From IMG/VR virus record IMGVR_UViG_3300023174_000071, positions 64,326-128,325 of that record: 64,000 nucleotides of DNA, one strand, 5' to 3'. A program made the translations under genes and the position numbers. Origin of the DNA: a virus. This document shows, in pieces, positions 48,518-56,611 of this stretch. Numbering within the stretch: position 1 is the first letter of the stretch; the number at the start of each line of letters is the position of its first letter. The notes beneath the pieces were generated by a model. The model ran no database searches and was not told the origin of the DNA. It saw nothing but the letters and a program-made list of their open reading frames with translations.

Positions 48518-49711
48518 ATGGCTAAGAAGATTAAGACTGAGAGTGAAGCAGAATCTGATTTTATGAAGTCTTTTGGAACGGATCTATTCCTTTCCGAAGA
48601 TATGCTTCAAGATAAGGTTGATTATATTCCAACGGGTAGTCCCGCCCTAGACTTTGCTCTAGGGATCGGAGGTCTTCCACGGGGTAGAATTATTCAGATT
48701 GCCGGAAAGGAAAGTTCTGGAAAAACCCTTACCAGCTTTCTTGCTATTGCGGAATATCAGCGTCAACATCCAAAGAATAATGCTTTATTTATTGATGCTG
48801 AATTTACCTACAATGCGGATTGGGTTCGTAAGCTTGGTGCTGATCCAACTCGAATTCGAGTTCTACGCTCAAATGATGCTAAGGATATTTTTACAAAGCT
48901 TCTTGGGCGAAATAAGATCAACAAGCTTACGGGCGTAGCGAAGCATGAAGCCGGCATTCTTGATCTTATCCGTGAAGATGATGGTTCAAACCAATACTTC
49001 AATAAGCATACAGGAATTATTGTATTAGATTCTGTTGCTGTTCTTCAGACACCGATTGATATGTATGCGGAAATTGGAAAGCAAAATATGGCTCCGCTTC
49101 CACGATTCCTTTCCTCAGAACTAAAGAAGCTTACGCCAGAAGTTGAGCGTGCAAATGTTTGCTTTATTGCAATCAATCAGCTTCGCTCAGACCTTGGCGC
49201 AATTTCTCCTGTTGCGGTCGAATCTAGTCCGGGTGGTCGTGCGTTCAAGCATGCGTGTAGCGTTATGATTAGCGTTCGTAAGCTTCTAGCTAAGGATACC
49301 CTAATTCTTAACGATTATGATGAGCCTATTGGTCACACCATTAAGGCCAAGATTGAAAAAAATAAACTTGGAACTCCGGGCCGAGAAGCGCTTTATCAAA
49401 TCGAGTACCTAAAGGGAAATGTAAATCAGGCGAAGGAACTTCTCGACTTAGGTTTGCGACTAGGAGTATTTGAGGCGGCATCTACTGTTAGCACAATCAT
49501 TGATGGTGTAAAATACACTTCAAAGCCTGCAGCTATCGCCCAACTTAGCAAGCCAGAAGTTTATAAAACTGAATTGGAACGAGTTGTAAAATTTTATCGT
49601 GAAAATCCAGATGCAGAACTCGCTGGTCCAAGTTCACTCGTTGAGTCATCTGACAATGATGATGATTATGTAGACGAGGATGCGTATGTAAACGAAGAAG
49701 AAGGTGAGTGA
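48518..49711 (+). CDS. recA: RecA/UvsX recombinase
   Basis: GIGGLPRGRI, GKESSGKT, FIDAE, LDSVA, INQLR, PGGRA.K and KNK motifs. Confidence 0.93.
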   Translation: MAKKIKTESEAESDFMKSFGTDLFLSEDMLQDKVDYIPTGSPALDFALGIGGLPRGRIIQIAGKESSGKTLTSFLAIAEYQRQHPKNNALFIDAEFTYNADWVRKLGADPTRIRVLRSNDAKDIFTKLLGRNKINKLTGVAKHEAGILDLIREDDGSNQYFNKHTGIIVLDSVAVLQTPIDMYAEIGKQNMAPLPRFLSSELKKLTPEVERANVCFIAINQLRSDLGAISPVAVESSPGGRAFKHACSVMISVRKLLAKDTLILNDYDEPIGHTIKAKIEKNKLGTPGREALYQIEYLKGNVNQAKELLDLGLRLGVFEAASTVSTIIDGVKYTSKPAAIAQLSKPEVYKTELERVVKFYRENPDAELAGPSSLVESSDNDDDYVDEDAYVNEEEGE

Positions 49712-50046
49712 TGTTGTTTAATTGCAATCCCGGTTGCAAAAAAGGAACAACAACAGCTTCTTATGACAAGGAATCTGGGCAAGTCGTCTGTGACGCTTGC
49801 TCAGAAGTCCTTTCTAACATTTCATCTTTTGCTAAGACAAATATGAAGCTGTCGGGTCCATATGCAAAAAGGAAAAAGAAACCATTTGAATTTAAATGCA
49901 AAACCTGCACGAAAACGATTGAAGCAGAAGTTGTAAATGAGCAAGTCATAGGTAAAGGTTGTAGCGGTCAATGCGAGTTAAATATCTCTAGCGTAATGAA
50001 AAATACTCTGTTACAGTTGCTGCCTAAAATCCAAGAAGAAGATTAA
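49708..50046 (+). CDS. Cys-rich double Zn-finger protein
   Basis: C...C, CDAC, CKTC and C...C pairs. Confidence 0.68.
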   Translation: MMLFNCNPGCKKGTTTASYDKESGQVVCDACSEVLSNISSFAKTNMKLSGPYAKRKKKPFEFKCKTCTKTIEAEVVNEQVIGKGCSGQCELNISSVMKNTLLQLLPKIQEED

Positions 50047-50063
50047 ACACAGTTGGAGATTTT

Positions 50064-50822
50064 GTGCTAGAAAATGTTGAATTAGAAAAGTTAGTTCAAA
50101 TTTGCGAATCTAATTTGAAAAACTCTCAACAGTGCATTCATTACCTACAAGATGAGCGGGGATTAACTGAAGGTGATATCAAAAAATATCGCTTAGGTTA
50201 CTTCCCGCAATCTATGAAGAAACTTCTCCAACATGTATCTAAAGATGTTTTGCGGAAAACAAACATTGTAGATATTATTGGAGACAGTCGTTTTAAAGAT
50301 CATTATTATTTAACGATCCCTATTTTTTCTGAATATGGAGATGTTATTGGAATTAGCGGTCGAACGATGCTTGGAGAGGCTGAACGCAAAGTTCTGAGTA
50401 TCCCAAAGTATCTAAATAGCAGTTACAAGAAGGCTAATTTTCTATATGGACTAAATCATTCTTTGGATAGCATTTTAGATAAAAAGAATGTTTTTGTCGT
50501 AGAAGGTTATTTTGATTATATTGCAATGGATAAAAATGGAATAAAAAACACTGTTGCTATTTGCGGCACTGCTTTTTCTAAAAATCATTTGGTAAAATTA
50601 AGCCGATACACAAAGCGTATCACCTTTATTTTGGATAGCGACTCAGCGGGACAGCAATCAATGTCTTCTATTTATAAAAAATATTCAGGCCACGGTGTAA
50701 CCTTGGACTTCTTGTCTCTAAATGATGGAAGCAAGGATGTGGATGAATATTTCTCTCAGGATGGGAAGTCGGCTAAAACCTTAAAGCAAGATTTGTCAAA
50801 AATGCTTGTGGGATGGAGTTAG
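50064..50822 (+). CDS. dnaG: DnaG-type primase catalytic core (no Zn domain)
   Basis: YL..RG, LGYFP, IPI...G..IGISGR, KYLNS, LYGL, VVEGYFD, GTAF, DSDSAG and KDVDE motifs. Confidence 0.9.
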   Translation: MLENVELEKLVQICESNLKNSQQCIHYLQDERGLTEGDIKKYRLGYFPQSMKKLLQHVSKDVLRKTNIVDIIGDSRFKDHYYLTIPIFSEYGDVIGISGRTMLGEAERKVLSIPKYLNSSYKKANFLYGLNHSLDSILDKKNVFVVEGYFDYIAMDKNGIKNTVAICGTAFSKNHLVKLSRYTKRITFILDSDSAGQQSMSSIYKKYSGHGVTLDFLSLNDGSKDVDEYFSQDGKSAKTLKQDLSKMLVGWS

Positions 50823-50876
50823 TAAAATCTGGATGCGAGGTAGCTTCTCTATTTAAAGAGAGAGGCTCACGGAGTT

Positions 50877-51317
50877 ATGATGAATAAGAGCAAGCTTTAT
50901 CAGCATAAAATTGTTGAGATATCTTTTGACCAAGGAAAATTAAATAATTTCTCAAATGAACGTGGCATTGCTAACATTCTTGCTGAAACTGCCTGCGATG
51001 AAAGAATTATGATGCTGCGAGAACAGCTTCTTCAAGAAATTTATGATTTAATCAATAGTGATTATCTAACAGAACATCAGCGAAAAATTTTATACATGCG
51101 ATTGATTGGTAAGACTCAAAATGAGATTGCTGAACATTTGGGCATTACTCAGTCTGCTGTTCATAAAGCAATGCATGGTAATATTGATTATAGAAATAAT
51201 AAGAAGCGATACGGCGGCATTATTAAGAAGCTAAAGAAAATCTGCGCAGCAAACTCTAGAATCATGGGAATCCTTGACGATATTGATGATGTTAGAAATA
51301 GCGAATCTGAAAATTGA
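50877..51317 (+). CDS. Sigma region-4-like HTH protein
   Basis: LTEHQRKIL....GKTQNEIAEHLGITQSAVHK. Confidence 0.8.
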   Translation: MMNKSKLYQHKIVEISFDQGKLNNFSNERGIANILAETACDERIMMLREQLLQEIYDLINSDYLTEHQRKILYMRLIGKTQNEIAEHLGITQSAVHKAMHGNIDYRNNKKRYGGIIKKLKKICAANSRIMGILDDIDDVRNSESEN

Positions 51318-51397
51318 TTTTTCGATATGCTATTTTATCTGATTGTTTTTAAGGGCGCATTTTTGCGGTTCTAGATAAAATAAGCGTTTTTTCTTTC

Positions 51398-51405
51398 TAC
51401 TAATA
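51398..51405 (+). promoter_or_regulatory. Putative late promoter of the head block
   Basis: TACTAATA 38 nt before ATG 51436; second copy TGCTATTT at 51328. Confidence 0.55.
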
Positions 51406-51435
51406 GCAAAACAAAAAACTGGAGATATATACTTT

Positions 51436-51939
51436 ATGCCAAAAGAAAAGTATACAGCGAAAATTGATGGCATTCTCGCTGAAGTTTTAAAAGGTGCCTC
51501 AAAAACTATCGCTGATAAAGATAAGCTAGTTGTAACGGCAGAAAACACTAATTTTATCAAAAAAGTAGCGTTTGATGTTTATCGTGTAGAGAATGATCCA
51601 TATGACGGCTTATGGCTTATGGAACAAGCTGACGATGGAAAAAATTATTTAGTTAGAGCGAGCGATCCTCAGTTTGAATACAAGAAAAGCGGTGAGTGGG
51701 AAGCCATTACGGATTATGGCCAAGAAAACATCACTCTTTCATACAAGAATGTTCCTATCGCTCGTTTCTCTTCAAAAGATTATGGCTTCACTTCCGAAGA
51801 TGCTTCCACATTTAAATCAGCAATCCTAGAGAAAGCTGGCTCTGATGAGGATTTTATTAAGGGCGTTCTTTCAACTCAACCTGAAGGTAAGCGTTCGGCC
51901 ATCTGTACCACTTTCCCTGAACTCAAAAAATATATCTAA
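51436..51939 (+). CDS. Hypothetical head-block protein
   Basis: GGAG RBS; KKVAFDVYR motif; first gene of the late block. Confidence 0.68.
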   Translation: MPKEKYTAKIDGILAEVLKGASKTIADKDKLVVTAENTNFIKKVAFDVYRVENDPYDGLWLMEQADDGKNYLVRASDPQFEYKKSGEWEAITDYGQENITLSYKNVPIARFSSKDYGFTSEDASTFKSAILEKAGSDEDFIKGVLSTQPEGKRSAICTTFPELKKYI

Positions 51940-51947
51940 GGTGTTTT

Positions 51948-53495
51948 ATGCAAGACATTAAAAAAATTCTAAAACAAGCTCAATCTGCTTTGGAAGCACT
52001 TCAAAGCGGAAAGAATTACCCTTCCGTCTACGTCGTTTCTCGTCTTAACTCTGCGCTTGATAAGCATCCTCACAACCAACTTATTGGTAATATGAGAGAT
52101 GTTTTTACAAAGATTGCTTCAAAAAATGAATTTATCTCTCAAGCTCAGATTGCGGAAACTTACAATAATTTCTACGGTTTAGCTGGAAATTCTGTAGACT
52201 TTCGTGCGGAACTTGGCGATCTTCTTCCTTCAAGCCTAAATGTTGAAAATACAGTTAAGGTTGACGCCTCTAATCTTCGCACAAACGAAGGTACTTCCGT
52301 TGAGCCACTTTTCGGCGCTTCTGATGCTTCCCGTGCTTTTGAAAAGCTTTTTCCTGTAAAAGAAATTGCGGCATCAAAATTCTCTGATGGAATATTCAAG
52401 AAGGCGGAGAAGTTTGCTCAGGCTCAACTAGAATCTATTGGTTGCAAGCCTGATGCGATTAGCATTATCGAAGCGAATGAACATTTCGCTCTATGTCTAG
52501 CTTCCTATGGAACGCCAGATATGGTTCAGATTGGCGTTAAGGTTCCTGTTCAGATTTCTGAAAATGTTGTAAAGTTTCCAGAACACCTCATCCACGGCGA
52601 CGAACTACTTCCTCTAACCAAGGAAAATATCTACGTTCAGATTGCTGACGAGATGAATGTTCGTAAGGCTAACCTTAAGAATAAATTCGCTCTAGGCCGC
52701 AGCGAAACCGTTGTAACGATTGATCCGGTTGTTGTTCCAGCTAGCTTACAGCAGTTTACGGATATCGAAAATGAATTAGTTGCAGCCGGAGCTCATTTTA
52801 CACCAACTGATATTCGCTATGCTTCCAATATTGTTTCTACGGAGCTTATGGCTTGCGGTGTAAAGAGTCCTCAGCTAAAGGTTGCATCATCTACAAAGAA
52901 TGTTCTAACATTCTCTGCTAGCATTCCAACTGCCTCCGGACGAAAGGATGTAACTGTTCCTGTTGAATTCCATAACGGAAAGCCAACTCTTCCAAGCAAA
53001 TTCGTATACGCTTCTGATGCTTATGATTTCGATACGGCTTCCGTTTCTCGTTTTCTAAATGAAAACCTAAATACAGAAACGGCATCATTCACACGCGACC
53101 ACGATAATATGGAAAATATGTCTTTCCATGAACTATCTGATCTTGTAACCGCTGGCGCTCTTAAGAATGATTATAAGCTTTCTGAAGACGCTCTTGATGC
53201 GATTGGTTCACGCTTCCCTGACCAATTTAAGCTTGCTCTAGATAGCTTCTCCAAACTTCTAAAGAATGCTTCTGCGACCTCTAGTCGTGAAAAGCTTATC
53301 AAAGAAGCTATTAAACGTGGCGAACTAATCTCCGTCCCAACCTCTATTGAACCTTACAGTCCAAAGTTTGCGCTACCAGTCAGCAAGCTAGATTTCGATG
53401 AAAGTGGTCGCCTAATTCCATCTCATCGCAAGAAAGCATCTGAAGTTGAAGCTGCAATCATTGCGACAAATGCTTCTCGCATCATCATGAACTGA
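51948..53495 (+). CDS. Putative virion structural protein with internal duplication
   Basis: Two similar segments (L...G.K....I...V.VPV.......P..); high-expression codon bias; several KxA motifs. Confidence 0.68.
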   Translation: MQDIKKILKQAQSALEALQSGKNYPSVYVVSRLNSALDKHPHNQLIGNMRDVFTKIASKNEFISQAQIAETYNNFYGLAGNSVDFRAELGDLLPSSLNVENTVKVDASNLRTNEGTSVEPLFGASDASRAFEKLFPVKEIAASKFSDGIFKKAEKFAQAQLESIGCKPDAISIIEANEHFALCLASYGTPDMVQIGVKVPVQISENVVKFPEHLIHGDELLPLTKENIYVQIADEMNVRKANLKNKFALGRSETVVTIDPVVVPASLQQFTDIENELVAAGAHFTPTDIRYASNIVSTELMACGVKSPQLKVASSTKNVLTFSASIPTASGRKDVTVPVEFHNGKPTLPSKFVYASDAYDFDTASVSRFLNENLNTETASFTRDHDNMENMSFHELSDLVTAGALKNDYKLSEDALDAIGSRFPDQFKLALDSFSKLLKNASATSSREKLIKEAIKRGELISVPTSIEPYSPKFALPVSKLDFDESGRLIPSHRKKASEVEAAIIATNASRIIMN

Positions 53496-53506
53496 GGTTT
53501 TTTAAA

Positions 53507-53971
53507 ATGTCAAAACTTACATCTATTCTAAAAACTGCTTCTAAAATGGAAGATCGTTCTCTCGCTAGAAAGATTCGAGTCGCTGCAATTGAAAGTTTTG
53601 GCGTAGTAAAGACCGCTCAAACTGCATCTGGAGTTTTATCTTATGATAACTCCAGAGCGACTGTTGATTATCCTACTCGTGAAGAAGTCCTTCGCATGAG
53701 AGGCGGAAAGCCCGAAGATCGTTCAGAACTTTACCCAACAAAGAAAGAAGAAAAAGTTGACGTTGAACTACCTTACGTTCAACCATCTCTTTCAACTCGT
53801 TATGTTCCAGGTAAACCCGGCCTTCAAGCGGCGAGAGTTCTAGACACAGAAGGTGCATACCAAGACCCTTATACAAAGAAAGTATTCAATTGGTATGAAG
53901 GATTTAAGGCGGAAAACGGTGAGGAGTTCGCTCCCGGATCGGTTGCGAATCAATCACAACTTCATTACTAA
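53507..53971 (+). CDS. Putative virion protein
   Basis: GAGG RBS; LKTAS and VKTAQ motifs. Confidence 0.62.
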   Translation: MSKLTSILKTASKMEDRSLARKIRVAAIESFGVVKTAQTASGVLSYDNSRATVDYPTREEVLRMRGGKPEDRSELYPTKKEEKVDVELPYVQPSLSTRYVPGKPGLQAARVLDTEGAYQDPYTKKVFNWYEGFKAENGEEFAPGSVANQSQLHY

Positions 53972-53999
53972 GAAGCAACGAAAAATGGTAAAATAAAAT

Positions 54000-54028
54000 A
54001 GGCTCCTCCCGGAGCCTTTATTTTTTTT
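54000..54028 (+). terminator. Intrinsic terminator
   Basis: AGGCTCC-loop-GGAGCCT-TTATTTTTTT. Confidence 0.72.
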
Positions 54029-54036
54029 GGTGAAAC

Positions 54037-54753
54037 ATGGATAAAGATAAGCCTGATAATAGCAAGATTTTGCGGCATCCCGATAAAGAAGAAATTGTAA
54101 AAAAACTGATTAACGGTGAATCCGTAAAGCAAATTGAAGCTTGGTTAAAAAAGAAATATCCAAGAACAAAAAGGCTTCATGTTTCATATATGACTCTTCA
54201 GAAGTTTCGCTCTCAGAATTTAAATATTAAGGGCGAGCTTTTAGAAGAAGTAAAGAAAGCAAAATTAGAATTAGAGCAAGTTTCTGTCGATACTCAGCTA
54301 AGAGATTTGACGACAAATTCTAATGCCTATCAGGATAAGATTAAAGAAATCGCTAGTAAAGAATTGGATGTTACAAAGAGATTGCTTGAGATGGATAAAA
54401 TCATTTCGTCTCGCATTGAATACTATTACAATATCCTTGCTGCTGGTGGCTCGATTAAGCATGATAAAATTTTCATTGAATATATTTCGATGCTTAAGTC
54501 TATTATGCAGGATTGGAAGAAGTATGTAGAAGGTTTCGCTGATCAAAAAATTGAACACAATGTAAACGTTCAGGTTGTAAATACGCAGGTTTCTATTCTA
54601 AAAGAGGTTGTTTTTGAAACTCTTCAAGAAATGTCTCCTGAACTTGTTCCTGTTTTTATTGATCGAATCAATAGAAAATTGACCGGTCTGGATACATCTT
54701 CACCAGAATATAAATCCTATCAATTAGGGGTTATTGATGTCGAACCAGAATAA
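54037..54753 (+). CDS. HTH-like plus coiled-coil protein (possible small terminase subunit)
   Basis: HPDKEEI...L..GES...I..WL N-domain, then coiled coil; role inferred from architecture and position. Confidence 0.45.
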   Translation: MDKDKPDNSKILRHPDKEEIVKKLINGESVKQIEAWLKKKYPRTKRLHVSYMTLQKFRSQNLNIKGELLEEVKKAKLELEQVSVDTQLRDLTTNSNAYQDKIKEIASKELDVTKRLLEMDKIISSRIEYYYNILAAGGSIKHDKIFIEYISMLKSIMQDWKKYVEGFADQKIEHNVNVQVVNTQVSILKEVVFETLQEMSPELVPVFIDRINRKLTGLDTSSPEYKSYQLGVIDVEPE

Positions 54754-55006
54754 AGAACAAAAAATGGGGAAGCTTACACTTGAAGATTTAAGTGGTCTTA
54801 GTTTATTCGATCAATGGCTTAGAAGCAATTTGGCCATCTACAAGGATTCTGAGGTTGGAACCATATCATTTGATGAGTTGTTAATATTTCTAAATTATAT
54901 TGAAGAAAAGGCGTCTGATTTTAATAATAAGTTAGATCGTAAAAAATGGAAAAAATCTGTTTCAAAATTAAAGACGCACATTCAACATCAAATGGACGGA
55001 TTATGA
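54734..55006 (+). CDS. Hypothetical protein
   Basis: Packed ORF, ATGA-coupled to the next gene. Confidence 0.55.
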   Translation: MMSNQNKEQKMGKLTLEDLSGLSLFDQWLRSNLAIYKDSEVGTISFDELLIFLNYIEEKASDFNNKLDRKKWKKSVSKLKTHIQHQMDGL

Positions 55007-56586
55007 TTAACAATATTCAGATTGCAAAACAGGCCTTTGGTAAAAATCGTCTAAATTCTTTTTGCTATGAAAACGCTTTAGCGAAGGGTGCTTCCTTAAC
55101 TGCTGATGATGTTTCTGCTTTAATTCTTTTCTCAAAAGAAGATGTTAAAACAGAAGATGAGCTAAAGCTAGCTGCCAGTATTTATAATATTTTATCATTT
55201 TCTCATGGCAGCGTTTCTGAAGAGATATTCAAACAGGCATATGGTGACGCCTCCATCTCTGAAGTAAACACATCTGCAGATCTATATCAGATTGTTTTGG
55301 AAGCCTGCCAAAAGAAGGGTACCTTTAACAAGAAGGCTTACCCAAATGGATCTGGCGCTCTATCTCCCGAAATTGAATCTGAGTCGGATTTAGTTCGCTG
55401 GGGTAATATTGTAAAGCAAATCTATAACGCCTCTCTATCTGGTGAAATAGATGTGGATCAAGGCATTCGTATTGCTCAAGAAAAATTAAATAAAGCGAAT
55501 CCTCAATCTAAAGAGGGTGATCGTTTTATGCATTGGGTTAACTATTATAAAAATGGCGAACATTTAAAGTATAGCGCTGAAAAAGGAAAAAATATGTACA
55601 AAAAAGCAAATTACCAATTTAGCCCCAAAGGAAGTCAGCAGTACACCGGCACTCCAGACTTGCGACAATCTACGGGTAATGATATTTTAGATATATTCGC
55701 AGCGAATCCTGATGTTGGAATCTTTGAGTCTAAAGTTTTAGATGCAAAGCACGAAACCGATAAGAAAAATGATTATAAAGCTTGGAAATCAAAGCTTCAC
55801 ACCGCCATTCGAAGAATTGATAAATTAATTCGAAATAGCGATGGTTTAATCGAACCTGAGATTACAGAAAGACTATCTGAAATATTGCATTCTTTCGACC
55901 TTCAGGTTGGCAGAGCTAAACTTCATACTACAGCTTCTGATTTAACCTTCAAGACCGCTCAGCAGTTTAAGAAGCTTGGATTTGATGCTGGTTCAAATAT
56001 TTTAATTAAAGTTGCTCAGCAAACTCCTCCTGTAGAAGAACCTGTGGCTCCAGCTGAAATTATGCCAGAAACCGTTGAGGCTCCACAGGCGCCAGCGGCG
56101 GAAGGCCAACTTCAAGAGGCGGGAGTTCAAACAGAAGAGCCTGCCGGAGAAGAACAACCACAATCAAAACCGAATATGTATGGGAAAGAATTCTCTCTAG
56201 ATGATGCGGTTGAGAAGCTAGACGAAGTGTCAAACATGTTGGCCGATCGTGCAGTTATTCGTATGCTTTCCGAATTCGACATTATTCTCGATAGCATTGG
56301 TATTGCGTCAATGTTCCCAGAGTTGGCCGAAGCTCAAAGTAAATTAATTGATGGTTACTCCTACGCTCTTACTCGTGTAACAAAAATGATGGGTATGATT
56401 GGTAGCGGAAGAACTTTATCTGAACTTGCTCGTGAAAAGCAAGATTCGTTGGATGCGAAAGCTGAAGGCTTAGCTGAAAAAGAACTAGCGAGAGGTAAAG
56501 AATCATCTGAAAAAGAAGAAGAACCAAGTCCTCAGCAGAAAGAATTTGGTAATGCACCTGCAGCACCTCCCGCGCAAACTGTATAG
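55003..56586 (+). CDS. Putative virion/head protein with possible nested start
   Basis: ATGA overlap start; multiple KxA motifs; Pro/Glu linker; internal AAAGGA-N6-ATG at 55594. Confidence 0.68.
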   Translation: MINNIQIAKQAFGKNRLNSFCYENALAKGASLTADDVSALILFSKEDVKTEDELKLAASIYNILSFSHGSVSEEIFKQAYGDASISEVNTSADLYQIVLEACQKKGTFNKKAYPNGSGALSPEIESESDLVRWGNIVKQIYNASLSGEIDVDQGIRIAQEKLNKANPQSKEGDRFMHWVNYYKNGEHLKYSAEKGKNMYKKANYQFSPKGSQQYTGTPDLRQSTGNDILDIFAANPDVGIFESKVLDAKHETDKKNDYKAWKSKLHTAIRRIDKLIRNSDGLIEPEITERLSEILHSFDLQVGRAKLHTTASDLTFKTAQQFKKLGFDAGSNILIKVAQQTPPVEEPVAPAEIMPETVEAPQAPAAEGQLQEAGVQTEEPAGEEQPQSKPNMYGKEFSLDDAVEKLDEVSNMLADRAVIRMLSEFDIILDSIGIASMFPELAEAQSKLIDGYSYALTRVTKMMGMIGSGRTLSELAREKQDSLDAKAEGLAEKELARGKESSEKEEEPSPQQKEFGNAPAAPPAQTV

Positions 56587-56611
56587 CCAACTTAAGGCGT
56601 AAAGTGATAAT

